Below the pieces are notes generated by a model. That model saw nothing but the letters and a program-made list of their open reading frames with translations. It was not told where the DNA came from and did no database searches. From NCBI RefSeq assembly GCF_018350175.1, contig NC_058368.1, positions 92,072,001-92,136,000 of the forward strand: DNA of 64,000 nucleotides, read 5' to 3'. The position numbers were made by a program, and so were the translations under genes. Of the stretch, positions 51,452 through 64,000 are shown piece after piece. This DNA comes from Felis catus (lineage: Eukaryota). Position 1 is the first letter of the stretch. Each line of letters begins with the position of its first letter.

Positions 51452-52479
51452 CAAAGGCAGAAGAAAGCAGCTGGTAGAGGAGCCTGAGACAGGGTTCCTG
51501 GCTCCCCATGGCCTGGGGGAAGCATGCAGGGATCCAGAAGTTCCCACCCGCCTCCTGGGGAGAACATGAAGGGGCTGAGGGGACCAGTGGCCCAGCAGAG
51601 GTCTAGGATGGGGACAGACGGACTGCAAGATGCATAGTCTTTATGGTCACAGGCAAATGGCTGGGCCCAGAGACATCAGTAGTGGCCCAAAGGTCCGATG
51701 GGACCAGTCACCCCCTAGCCATCACATGTCCATGGCCGGACCAAACCAGATTGACCCTCCACTTCAGGGGTCAGCATGGATCTGCACCGGATTCCTGGCC
51801 TTTCTCCCTATCACTCCCACATGTACCCAGGTGTCGTTTTGGAGAGGCACACAAGGACGGGGTGCCTTATCACATCCATCCGAATGACAGGAAGTTGATC
51901 TGAAAGAGATTGTCATTCAAGAGATTCTCAAACCATCCCTGATTCAAAAGTTATATGTGGAAAGGGACTTGGAAGAGACCGTTTTGGACCAGAGGAGATT
52001 GAGATACCAAGCTCAAGTCTTGACAAGCCCCATGACTTGTGAAGGAGATGCACTTGACCCCATTTACTTTGCACATCTAAGCAGTGGTGCGGACAAATCT
52101 CAGCCATCCCCCACGCATATCACCCCAACACTCCTTGGGGTGAGAGCTGGTGTTCTCCCTCTTGTAGAGATGAGTAAAGAGACTTTGCGGTTTCCCAAGG
52201 ACATGTGGTTATTGAATCCCGGACTCTTCAGCTGCCCAGCCTGAGCATCTGAATTGCACCGGCCTCCCTCCCAATTCTCCAGTCCCTCAAAGATAGCTGT
52301 GGCTGCACCAGTCAGAAAGGCAAGCTTTCTGCTATCACAGGAAAACACTGCTTTATAGGCGCACTGCTAATTTGTGAATATCAGAAGCCAGAGAGAAGGC
52401 ACGTTTGGGCAAAATTGTTGTTTTGTGCTGGTCTCTGCCTGTCTGTAACGAGGGTCGTGGCTGGACTAGCCCTTGGGGT

Positions 52480-52894
52480 TCCTGATACGATTGCAAGACA
52501 CATGGCTTCAGCAAAACCCAGGACACTTTGAAAAAAGAAAACAAGGTTTATTACAAGTCCTGGAGAGTACACGGCATACCTGGGACCACACAGCAAGGTC
52601 ACAGGGAGAGTGAGAGCCTGGGGCCGTGCTTTGATTGGGGTTGAGAGTAGGAGCCTCAATTTCTTGGGTTTGCTCTGTATTGGTGAATGTAGAACCTAAG
52701 AAGGGAGATTACAGCTCAGGAAGAAAAAACTAGTGGCCAAATCAAAGGTCTCTAAAACAAAAGAACTTCAGGGGGTACAGCCTGGCTCAGTATCTAGTGT
52801 GTGGCTGGTAATGGGTTTATTCAAGATAGCAGTCTTTGGAGTGCTTGCCTCGGCAATCAAATGCTTAAGTCAGGCACCTGCATGCATTGCAATT

Positions 52895-52936
<42 letters not shown>

Positions 52937-53690
52937 CCAACCGTCAGGTGCTTATGCTACGGGGAGGAGGCATCGGAGGAACAGGCTTCTAGATGAGGAC
53001 TTCCAAGAGTAAGTTGGCACGATCCATGCGGTTCTGGCGCTGTCTGCTCAGGTGTAAGACATCAGGAACAGCTGGGGACAGACCTGCTCTTTGGTGTTCT
53101 GAGAAGTGGCCCACACAGGATAGAAGGCAGCGGGCTGGCCACAAACTGGTTTCATCAGATCCTTTGCCTGTGTCCTCCTCGCCCTGGGGTCTCAAACCTC
53201 ACTCTCAATATCCCTGAAGTGGAGGTTTTGGTCAAGCAGGAGGGTTGTGTGGCCTGCCCCAGAACAGGGCAAGTCCTATCTGCCTCCAGTCACACTGTCT
53301 ATGCCTCCAAATGTTGTCCTGCTGTGACCAGAGGCTGAGTCATGGAGTGACGGGGTCTCCAAAACAGATGCTTGGGAGTTAGATCCAATCATGCCCTGCT
53401 AGGCCCAAGCAGTATCCTCTGGGGAGTTTTTATAGGAATTAGAGCTTCCGTCACCAGTACAGAAGCAGGGAGCATTTTTCCTGATCCCTTTCCCCAGTAG
53501 CCACCTCGTGAGGTTTCTTTGTCCCCAACTTATTTTGAAAAAAGTTCAACGGGTCAAGTTTTCCAAGAGCAAAGAAATTGTTTGGAAGATGCTTAGGTAC
53601 AAACTTGTTTTGGGAGGAAGTTTTCTCACTGCTGAGCCAAATGTCTGCCCTTCAGTAAAGACTGGCCCAATGTAAGGTTTGCAGGGGGCT
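52480..53690 (-). mobile_element. Decayed LTR/ERV-derived sequence (family uncertain)
   Basis: AGGTTTATTACAAGTCCTGGAGAGTACACGGCATACCTGGGACCACACAG resembles an ERVL-class LTR read in reverse; adjacent sequence looks ERV-like but has no intact ORF. Confidence 0.35.
52897..52933. repeat. (AC)n microsatellite
   Basis: Uninterrupted AC run of about 18 units. Confidence 0.95.
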
Positions 53691-53842
53691 GGGGCACCTG
53701 GGTGGCTCAGATGGTTGAGCGACTGACTTGAGTTCAGGTCATGATCTTGTGGTTCACGGGTTTGAGCCCCACACCTGCCTCTCTGCTGTCAGTGTGGAGA
53801 CTGCTTTGGATCCTCTGTCCCTCCCTCTCTCTGCACCTCTCC

Positions 53843-53884
<42 letters not shown>

Positions 53885-54000
53885 CAAATATTAAAAAAAA
53901 AAAAAAAAAAAGATTTGCCGGGGGCCAATTTGTCACCTATGAATAGAGCAGGGTCAGTGGGCAATCTGTGTGACAAGAACAGCAGCTGTGAGAAGCAAAT

Positions 54001-54018
54001 GACCACTAGGGGGCAGTA
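54001..54018 (+). promoter_or_regulatory. CTCF-like core motif (GACCACTAGGGGGCAGTA)
   Basis: Near-perfect match to the CTCF core consensus. Confidence 0.65.
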
Positions 54019-57000
54019 AGAGCTGGTGGATGCGCGACCGCTCAGTACCTGGTGACTCACCCGTGGTTCCCCTTACTTGCAGCATGGGACCCATGGGCAC
54101 TTAACATTTATCAAGGCACTTATATAGCAAGAAGTCTTCTTGCCTGTATTTGGTGGAGGGAGGAACAGGAATTACCGGGAAATATTATTCCCACGCAGCC
54201 CACCCCGTGTATATACCCCCCACCCCCTACCTGGCAGAGGAAGGAGTTGGGGGTGGGGATCAGAGCTCCTCAAAGGCTGTCAGGCTGTGCCAGGAGGGGT
54301 GGAATGGAAACGTTTGGTGTATTTCAAGAGAGACTGCTGTGGTCTTTGAAGGGGTGGAAAAAGGGAAATGGCCCCACCTCTCAGGCATGGTTTCCAGGGA
54401 GTGAGAAGCACAAGGCTTGGGGAAGACAGGAGGGACAGGTGCACATGCCTGCGCAGGCTGTGCCTTCCTGATACAGCAGTCCTCTGGGTGGGTTCGGCCT
54501 CAAAAAGACAGGGCAAGGGGGCGCCTGGGTGGCTCAGTCAGTTGAGCATCAGACTCTTGATTTTGGCTCAGGTCATGATCCCCAGGTCATAGGATGGAGC
54601 CCCTCATCATGCTCCTTGCAAAGTGTGAGGCTGCTTGGGATTCTCTCTCTCTCTCTCTCTCTCTCTCTGCCCCTCTCTGTCCCTCTCCCTTGTTTGCAGT
54701 CTCTCTTTCTAAACAAACAGACAGACAAACAAACAAAACCGGGCAAGAGTGGCATAGTGTCTGGAACTATGAAGTTCATGTTGGCTAGTGACATGATCTG
54801 CAGGAGGGCAGCCCGCATCCACATGCAGAGCTGAGCTGTGCCCTGAGAGACTGGAGTTCTCTGCAAGTTAGGGAAGGTTCTCAGGATCTTCTCTCCTCCC
54901 TATTTCCCTCCCTTCCTCCTCTCCCTTCTTTCCCTCCTCCATGGGAAATTTCACACATACCTACAAGTAGAATCAAGAGAACAATGAACTCCCTGGGGCC
55001 CACCAGCCAGCTACAGAGAGCAGCATGTTTCCAGCACCCTTCTTTCATCTGTATCCACCCCCCCCCCCACCTCCGCCCTCCACTTCCACCACTGGATTAT
55101 TTCACAGCAAATCCTAGACATTATACCATTTTATCCATACATATTTTAGGCTGTATTAAAATTTTTTAATGTTTATTTTTGAGAGAGAAAGAGAGAGAGA
55201 CCGAGAGCATGAGCAGAGGAAGGGCAGAGAGAGAGAGAGGGAGACACAGAATCTGAAGCAGGCTCCAGGCTCTGAGCCATCAGCACAGAGCCCAATGTGG
55301 GGCTCGAGCCCAGGGATGGTGAGGTCATGACTTGAGCCGAAGTCACAGGCTTAACCGAATGAGCCACCCAGGTGCCCCTCCACATCTTTATTTTCAAACA
55401 AATCATAGACATCATATATTTTCACATGTAAATATTTCAGTATATGTATTTAAAGGGATATGCCCTCTGGATGCCTTCCTCACCCCCTTTGGGCTCTAAC
55501 ACCTATTTACAGGTCTCTCTCTGGGCTTATCTGTTTAGTTCCATTGGTCTATTTGGCTATCCCTGTGCCAATACTACACTATCATAATTGCTATGGCTTT
55601 TATAATAAGTCTTGATATCTGGTAGGTAAATTCCCCACCTTGTACTTTTTCAGGAGTGCCCTGAATATTCTTGGCCTTTGTTTTACCATGTCAATTTTAG
55701 AATTTGCTTATCAAGCTCTATGAAAAAGCCCTCTTGGGATTTTGCCAGGAATTGCATTGAATCCATGTTGTTTTATTTGCACATTAAAAACATATCTTTT
55801 TAAGTTTATACGTTTATTTTGAGATAAAGAGAGTGCATGGGAGGGGCAGAGAGAGAGAGGGAGAGAAAGAGAGAGAGTCTCAAGCAGGCTCCACACTGTG
55901 ACAGTGCACAGCCCCTTATTTGTTCATTTCTTAATGAATCTATGTTTGTGCACATATAAACACACACACACATTCATATCTCCCTCCCTCCTTTCTAACA
56001 TGAAAGATTGCTTACTGTATACATTGTTCTGTGCCTTTCCTTTTTCTTTAAAAAATTTTTTTTACTTATTTTTAAGAGTTATTTATTTTATTTTAGACAG
56101 AGTGTGAGTGTGGGAGAGGGGCAGAGGCAGAGAGAGAAAGAATCTTAAGCAGGCTCCACACTCAGCATGGAGCTAGACCCAGGGCTCAATCCCACCACCC
56201 TGGGATCGTGACCTGAGCCGAAATAGAGAGCTGGACACTCAACCAACTGAGACACCCAGGCACCTCTAATTTTTCATTTTCTTTTTGAGTAATCTCTACA
56301 GTCAACGTGGGGCTTGAACTCACAGCCCCAAGATCAAGAGTTGCACACTCTACCAAGTGAGCCAGATCAACAGTGTATCATGGAGGTTGTTTTCTACTAG
56401 TGCATGACCCTAAAACTTAAGTAGCTTAAAACAGTCTATTATTTGTCATGATTCTGAAACGTGAGTCAGATCTGTTGGGCAATCCTTCAGCTGCGTAGGA
56501 TTGTCTCTCCCTCTCTTTGCACCCCCCCCCCACTCTCTCCCTGTCAAAATAAATAAATAAATTTTAAAATATCATTGTAAAGTTTTAACAAAGGGTTTTA
56601 CAGCCGCATCTAGATTTGGTCTTAACCTTGAAGCCGTTTTGTTACTTTGAAAATCTGTAAAGGCTGGCGGTGAGAAATCGTTTTGAAGAGTACTGGGTTG
56701 AAAACATTTCCTCTAAACTCTGCTTGAAAACGATTCCTAAACTGTGCCTGCTTTAGCTCATCTCCCTCTTCCTGTTCTTTATCAGAGGTGGCTAAAAGAG
56801 GCAAGTGGCACTTTTGTCTTCCTGCCTAGAAGTCTCCTTAGCCAGACACCCAGGTTTGCTAGGTGCATTTTCTGGCTTCAGTATTACCACAGGTGAGAAT
56901 ATTTCCAAATGTTCCACTGCTAGGTAACATGTAGTTTTAATTTTTATTTATTGATTGATTGGTTTATCTTTTAGAGAGAGAGAGAGAGCATGCTCATGAG

Positions 57001-58264
57001 CTGGAGAGAAGGGCAGAGGGAGAGAGAATCGTTTTTATAAATGTTTATATATTTATTTATTTTATTAAACAGTTTTTAAATTTATTTTTGATAGATAGAG
57101 ACAGAGCACAAGTGGGGGAGGGGCAGAGAGAGAGAGAGACACAGAATCCGAAGCAGGCTCCAGGCTCCGAGCTGTCAGCACAGAGCCCAACGAGGGGCTC
57201 GAACTCACAAACTGTGAGGTCATGACCTGAGCCAAAGTCGGACACTCAACTGACTGAGCCACCCAGGCTCCCCTATTTATTTATTTTGAGAGAGAGAGAG
57301 AGAGAAAGCACAGGTGGGGAAGAGGGTCAGAGAAGAAGAGAGAGAAACCCAAGCAGGCTCTGTGCTCAGTGTGGAGCCCAATGCAGGGCTGGATCCCATG
57401 ACCCTGGGATCATGACCTGAGTGGAAACCAAGAGTCGGACACTTAACCAACTGAGCCACCCAGGCGCCCCGAGGAGATTTAACATTGGAACTCAACTTTC
57501 CACAGGCATGAGAGGAGCTCAAGAAGTAAAGGTTGGGAATGAACAGTTTGAGGACCAGAGGAGCCACCAGCCGGTCGGTCTGGGAGGCTGCAGTGGGGCC
57601 CTGTGAGGAGAGCCGCTGAGAGGTCTGTGGGAAGCTGGTGCCTCTGTGTGCCCCCAACCAAGCCCATGGGGGTGGACCTGGGCTTCTGCAGGCAGCACGG
57701 GAGAAGAGCTGGATATGGAGAAGAGGCCAAGCGTGCACTGGAACTCACTGGCACCTGTGTGTCCCTTGTCCCCGCAGCACCACACTGACCTTCAGAGTGA
57801 AATGGCCACTGTTTACTTCTACCTCTCACGTCACCAGCAAGTTCCTCTTTTGGCCAGCTGGGGAAGGGAGTTCTGGAGAGAGGTAGCCGAGCCCAGTTGA
57901 CAATGGAATGATTCAGTGCAAAAAGACATTCCCCTTGTCGCCTACTCTGAGGTTGGTTTCATTGTTTTACACTTTGAACTCCAATACATGGAGTGAACCA
58001 TGGATCCAATTTTATGTTCTTCCAAATGGCTATTGGTTTATCAAAATTTTTATTTTTCCCCACTCATTTGAAATGCCATCTTTAGCCTGTGCTAAACTTG
58101 CCTATGTACTTTGGTCTATCTCTGGGTTTCCTGTTCTGTTCCATTATTTTTTTTTATGCAGCAGTACCACATATTATAGAAGCTTTGTAAAACGTTTTAA
58201 TATTTGGTAGGGCTAGCTTGCCCTAACTGGTAATTTTAGGGTTTTATTTAAAATGCCTACTCTT

Positions 58265-58490
58265 GGGGCGCCTGGGTGGCTCAGTCGGTTAAGCGGCCGA
58301 CTTCGGCTCAGGTCATGATCTCGCGGTCCGTGAGTTCGAGCCCCGCGTCAGGCTCTGTGCTGACAGCTCGGAGCCTGGAGCCTGTTTCAGATTCTGTGTC
58401 TCCCTCTCTCTGACCCTCCCCTGTTCATGCTCTGTCTCTCTCTGTCTCAAAAATAAATAAACGTTAAAAAAAAAATAAAAAAATAAAAAA
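58265..58490 (+). mobile_element. Young CpG-intact feline SINE
   Basis: GGGGCGCCTGGGTGGCTCAGTCGGTTAAGCGGCCGACTTCGGCTCAGG; TSD TAAAATGCCTACTCTTGGG on both sides. Confidence 0.92.
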
Positions 58491-59414
58491 TAAAATGCCT
58501 ACTCTTGGGCACTTGGCTGGCTCACTTGGTAGAGTGTGCAACTCTTGATCTCGGGGTTGTGGGTTCAAGCCCCACATTGGGTGTAGAGCTTACTTAGAAA
58601 TAAAGTCATTTTTTAAAATTTAATTTTATTAAAAAAATTTTTTTAACATTTATTTATTTTTGAGAGACAGAGCATGAACAGGGGAGGGGCAGAGAGAGGG
58701 AGACACAGAATCCAAAGCAGAGGCTCCAGGCTCTGAGCTGTCAGCACAGAGCCCGACGCGGGGCTCGAACTCATGGACTGTGAGATGATGACCTGAGCTG
58801 AAGTCAGATGCTTAGCCGACTGAGCCACCCAGGCGCCCCTAAAGCCCTTTTTTTTTCAATCTTTTTTAAAAAAGTCTATTTATTAGTAATCTCTATACCC
58901 AGTGTGGGCCTCGAACTCACAACCCTGAGATCAAGAGAAGCACGCTCTGCTGATGGAGCCACTCAGGCACCCCAAAACAAAATCTTTGATAAAAAAATAA
59001 ATAAGGAGCCTGGGCAGCTCAGTCATTCAAGTGTCCAACTCTTGATTTCAACTCAGGTCATGATCTCACAGTTTGTAAGATCCAGCCCCACATCGGGCTC
59101 TGTGCTGATAGCACTGAGCCTCCTTGGGATTCTCTCTCTCTCTCAAAAAAAGTAAATAAATAAATACATGAATAAAATGCCTATTCTTATTTATTTTTCT
59201 ATATTAAGTAGATCAACTTACCTAGCATCAGAAAAAAAAAAGCCTGTTAGTATTTTTCAGTTGAGATCATTTGAATTTATAAATTAACATGGGATTGTTA
59301 TCTTTGCAATGTTGAGTTGTTCTATCCAAGAACATATGTTCTTCCGTTTGTTTAAGTCTACTTTTCCCTGTCAAGGTTGTTTTAGTTCTCTTTCTGGAGA
59401 TTTATGTCTTTCTT

Positions 59415-59460
59415 TCTTCTTCTTCTTCTTCTTCTTCTTCTTCTTCTTCTTCTTCTTCTT
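59415..59460. repeat. (TCT)n trinucleotide repeat
   Basis: About 15 perfect units. Confidence 0.95.
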
Positions 59461-61078
59461 GGCTTGCATATATCTTGAGAAGTTTAAGCCTACATAATTT
59501 CTCTTTCTTATTGCTACTGTGAACAGGAATCTTTTCTTCCAGGGCCTCTTATGGTTATTTTTTGTAGATATGAATGCTATGATTCTTGTATGCTGTTATA
59601 CTGTGTTGGATCAGTTTTCTTTTTTTTTTTTTCTTTTTAAATGTTTATTCATTTTTAGAGAGACAGAGTGTGAGCGGGGTGGGGGCGGGTGAGTGTGTGT
59701 GACAGAGAGAGAGGGAGACACAGATTCCGAAGCAGGCTCCAGGCTCCGAGCTGTCAGCACAGAACCTGATGTGGGGCTCGAACCCACAAACTGTATGATC
59801 ATGATCTGAGCCAAAGTCAGATGCTTAACTGACTGAGCCACCCAGGCACCCCTGTTTCATCTCCTTCTAAAACTGAATGCTGTTGTGAGAAAGTATGAGG
59901 CCAGCTTGATTTCTACCCCCCTGTAAGTAACCTTATCTGTTTGCTTGGCTGTGTAAGGGAGTCTATCTTTATATTTAAGATTCAAATACTTTTCTAGGAT
60001 ATGACTCAGTTTTGTCCAATTTGATCATATTTTTTTGGGATGCAGAGTTCCCTTCCAACATGTAGGAAGGAGACTTTTACATCAGGCAAGTGTTTGTGAA
60101 CTATATCTTCTCTTAAACTTGTTTCAGTTTTGGGGTGCCTGGTTGGCTCAATCAGTAGAGCATCAGACTCTTGATCTTGGGGTTGTGAGTTTGTGCCCCA
60201 TGTTGGGTACAGAGATTACTTAAAAATACACACACATGTACACAACTTGTTTCAATTGTGAAATATAACATGCTGAAAAGTGAATGAAACAAAAATGTAA
60301 AGCTCAGTGAGACCATAAAGGACCATAAAGTCCTTATAACCACTATTTGGGGCAAGAACACTGTCAGCACCCCCAGAAACACTCCTCAGTCTCCCTCCTC
60401 CCTCCCAATTACTACCCAGATTTCACATTCATGGTTTTACCATTCAAGAATGTACCCCTAAACACTGCTGTTAGGGTTTGTCAGTTTTGAACTTTATGTA
60501 AGTTGAATAATAAAATGTTTTCTTAAAAATCTGGCTTATTTGTAGCGTGCCTGGGTGGCTCAGTCGGTTGAGCATCTGACTTAGGCTCAGTCATGATCTC
60601 ACAGTTTGTGAGTTTGAGCCCCATGTCAGGCTCTCTGCTGTCAGCACAGAGCCTGGAGCCTGCTTTGGATCCTCTGTCCCCCTCTGTCTGCCCCTCCCCT
60701 GCTCGAGCTCTCTCTCTCAAATATAAATAAACATTAAAAAAATTTATATATAAGGGTGCCTGGGTAGCTCAGTCGGTTAAGCATCTGGCTTTGGCTCAGG
60801 GCATGATCTCACAGTTCGTGGGTTCGAGTCCCGTGTCGGGCACTGTGCCAACAGCTCAGAACCTGGAGCCTGCTTCGGATTCTGTGTCTCCCTGTCTCTC
60901 TGCCCCTCCCCTACTCATGCTCTCTCTCTCAAAAATAAATAAACATTAAATTTTTAAAATTATATATAAAAAGGAAAGAAACACGTATGAGAATGTTCAT
61001 AGTAGCATCATTTGTAATGGTAAAAGAAAACTGGAAACACTCCAGATGTTTACCAACAGTAGAAAAAATAAATACACG

Positions 61079-62515
61079 GGCTTAAAGCTGTATTACTAAG
61101 CTGTAATCATCAAGACAGTATGGTACTGGCACAAAAACAGACACTCAGATCAATGGAATAGAACAGAGAATCCAGAAATGGACCCACAAACATATGGCCA
61201 ACTAATCTTTGACAAAGCAGGAAAGAATATCCAATGGAATAAAGACAGTCTCTTCAGCAAGTGGTGCTGGGAAAACTGGACAGCAACATGCAGAAGAATG
61301 AACCTGGACCACTTTCTTACACCATACACAAAAATAAACTCAAAATGGATGAAAGACCGCAATGTAAGACAGGAAGCCATCAAAATCCTCGAGGAGAAAG
61401 CAGGCAAAACCTCTTTGACCTCGGCCGCACAACTTCTTACTCAACATGTCTCTGGAGGCAAGGGAAACCAAAGCAAAAATGAACTGTTGGGACCTCATCA
61501 AAATAAAACCTGCACAGCGAAGGAAACAGTCAGCAAAACTAAAAGGCAACCGAAAGAATGGGAGAAGATATTTGCAAACGACATATCAAATAAAGGGTTA
61601 GTATCCAAAATCTATAAAGAACTTATCAAACCCAACACCCAAAAAACAACTAATCCAGTGAAGAAATGTGCAAAAGACATGAATAGACACTTCTCCAAAG
61701 AAGACAACATCCAGATGGCCAACCAACACATGAAAAAATGCTCAACATCACTCATCATCAGGAAAATACAAATCAAAACCACAAGGAGATACCACCTCAT
61801 ACCTGTCAGAATGGCTCACGTTAACAACTCAGGCAACAACAGATGTTGATGAGGATGCAAAGAAAGAGGAACCCTTTTGCATTGCTGGTGGGAATGCAAA
61901 TTGGTGCAGCCACTCTGGAAAACAGGATGGAGGTTCCTCAAAAAATTAAAATTAGAACTACCCTACGACCCAGCAATTGCACTACTAGGCATTTATCCAC
62001 GGGATACAGGTGTGCTGTTTCGAAGGGACACATGCACCCCAATGTTTATAGCAGCACTATCAATAGCCAAAGTATGGAAAGAGCCCAAATGTCCATTGAG
62101 GGATGAATGGAAAAAGATGTGGTATATATATACAATGGAGTATTACTCGGCAATCAAAAAGAATGAAATCTTGCCATTTGTGACAACATGGATAGAACTG
62201 GAGGGTATTATGCTAAGTGAAATTAGTCAGTCAGAGAAAGACAAATATCATATGACTTCACTCATATGAGGACTTTTAGACACAAAACAGATGAACACAA
62301 GGGAAGGGAAACAAAAATAATATAAAAACAGGGAGGGGGACAAAACAGAAGAGACTCTTAAATATGGAGAACAAACAGAGGGTTACTGGAGGGGGTGTGG
62401 GATGGGGGATGGGCTAAATGTGTAAGAGGCATAAAGGAATCCACTCCTGAAATCATTGTTGCACTATATGCTAATTTGGATGTAAATTTTAAAAATAAAA
62501 TTAAAATAAAAAAAG
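61079..62515 (+). mobile_element. 5'-truncated L1 (about 1.4 kb): frameshifted ORF2 C-terminus, 3' UTR and A-rich tail, nested in an older L1 relic
   Basis: ORFs 61178..61849 (YGQLIFDKAGKNIQWNKDSLFSKWCWENW) and 61877..62269 ([14 protein letters not shown]...YIYTMEYYSAIKKNE) are L1 ORF2p. TSD-like AATAAATACA on both sides; the flanks join into a continuous older L1 sequence. Confidence 0.95.
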
Positions 62516-62839
62516 AATAAATACATCGTGGTGTATTCATATAATGGAATATCACAGAGACATGGAAATGAATAAATTATTGTTTTTCACAACATTGATG
62601 AAGCACAGAAACGTGGTTAATGAAATCAGCCAGATTTTTTTAATGTTTATTTCCTTTTTGAGAAAGAGAGAGAGTGAGCATGCACATGAGCAGGGGAGGG
62701 GCAGAGAGGGAGACACAGAATCTGAAGCAGGCTCCATGCTGTCAGTGCCAAGCCAGATGTGGGGCTTGACCTTGGGAACCCTGAGATCATGACCTGAGCC
62801 AAAGTTAGACGCTCAACTGACTGATCCGCCCGGGTGCTC

Positions 62840-64000
62840 CTCTTTCCTGTGTTTCTATTAGGGTGCCTGTCTTACTGATTTACAGAATTTTTTGGACATT
62901 CTGGATACAGACCTTTTCTTGGTTATTTGTATTGCAAATATTTACTTCTACTCTGTGGTTTGCCTTTTTGCTCTCTTGATAGTGTTATGGGATTAACAGT
63001 TCTTAAAACAGTCTGCTATTTCAATATTTTCCTTTATGATTACACTTTCTTGTGTTCTGTTTAATAAATCATTCTTTATCCCAAAGTCATGGAGACATTT
63101 TCTTTTATCGTCTTTTAGAAGCTTTAGTGATTCGCTTCCTTTTTTTTTTTTTAATGTTTATTTATTTTTGAGAGAGAGAGAGAGACAGAGTGTGAGCAGG
63201 GGAGGGGCAGAGAGAGAGAGAGACAGAGTGTGAGCAGGGGAGGGGCAGAGAGAGGGAGACACAGAATCCAAAGCAGGCTCCAGGCTCTGAGCTCTCAGCA
63301 CAGAGCCCAGTGCGGGGCTGGAACTCATGAACTGTGAGATCATGACCCGAGCAGAAGTCGGATGCTTAACTGACTAAGCCACCCAGGTGCCCCTCTATTT
63401 TTTTTTTTAAGTTTATTTATTTTGAGAGAAAGAGAGAGTGTGCTGAAGGGGCAGAGAGAGAAAATCCCAAGCAGGCTTCACACTGCCAGCGCAGAGCCCA
63501 ATGTGGGGCTTGAACTCACAAACCGTGAGATCATTACCTGAGCCAAAACCAAGAGTCAGATGCTTAACCAACTGAGCCACCCAGGCACCCCCTGCTGAGG
63601 GGCCATGTAAGGCGCCTCTTACATGCAGATCTATAATCCATCTGGAATTGATATTTGTGTGTAGGTGACATATGGGTTGTTTTTATTTTTTCCATATAGA
63701 TACCCAATCATCTGCGCAAGATTTATTGAAAGTGAAATAACTGTTCTACACCATTCTGATTTACTACCTTTGTTGTAAACCAAATATCCATGTACACCTG
63801 AGCCTGTTTCTAGGCTATCCTCTTGGTCTGCTAGCCGTGTGCCAGCACCACAGTGTTTTTTGGTGTGGATAGTGTCTCTCTGTCCTGTAGGGAAAGTCCT
63901 TCTACTTCATTATTTTTCTTGGAGTCCTGGGTAGTCTTGGCCCTCTGCATTTCCATATAAATTTTAGGAGGACCTTGACAATTTCCACACAAAAATAATC
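62840..64000 (-). mobile_element. Old L1 fragments interrupted by SINEs
   Basis: ATTCTGGATAC, TTGCAAATATTT, ATCCATCTGGAATTGAT, TGCATTTCCATATAAATTTTAGG are antisense L1 ORF2 motifs; similar relics at about 5480-5780, 55500-55780 and 57990-59600. Confidence 0.7.

Larger units (their letters stand above)
20908..63591. repeat. SINE-dense intergenic tract (over 60 SINE copies or fragments by eye, both orientations, often nested or tandem)
   Basis: Recurring GGTGGCTCAGTC.GTT / TCAGGTCATGATCTC / (CT)n / A-tail units; many of the short ORFs in the supplied track here translate these repeats. Confidence 0.9.

Noticed and set aside
61178..62269. Reverse-transcriptase-family ORFs as an active or domesticated gene
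   Set aside because: 5'-truncated, frameshifted L1 ORF2 C-terminus with no promoter, ORF1 or endonuclease domain.
941..63591. Recurring ~200-bp units with A/B-box-like motifs as tRNA genes or a CRISPR-like array
   Set aside because: They are dispersed tRNA-derived SINEs with CT tracts, A-tails and TSDs; irregular spacing, both orientations, no spacer structure and no cas genes.

Overview
Mammalian genomic DNA, most likely felid, judged from roughly 70 carnivore tRNA-derived SINEs of feline SINEC_Fc type and carnivore L1 3' ends. The window holds one complete protein-coding gene, N4BP3 (NEDD4-binding protein 3), on the minus strand: four coding exons (13796-11421, 544 aa by my splicing), a non-coding first exon in a CpG island at about 18.5-19.7 kb and a probably long 3' UTR. 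A second CpG island at about 3.3-4.0 kb has minus-strand non-coding exons; by synteny it is probably the RMND5B promoter, whose coding exons lie outside the window. From about 20 kb to the end I see no gene, only dense SINE, LINE and LTR repeats and two strong CTCF-like motifs. I found no evidence for a new multi-gene system. The most unusual features are (i) a small inversion at about 44 kb flanked by two inverted duplications and opposed A-rich tails, one belonging to an L1 fragment; (ii) a head-to-head pair of solo LTRs sharing a 164-bp perfectly identical tract, suggesting gene conversion; and (iii) a splice-created uORF plus a strong-Kozak Met12 (MGSVGS) that could select a myristoylatable N4BP3 isoform. 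Repeat family names come from my recall of consensus sequences, not from a database search, and repeat boundaries are approximate.
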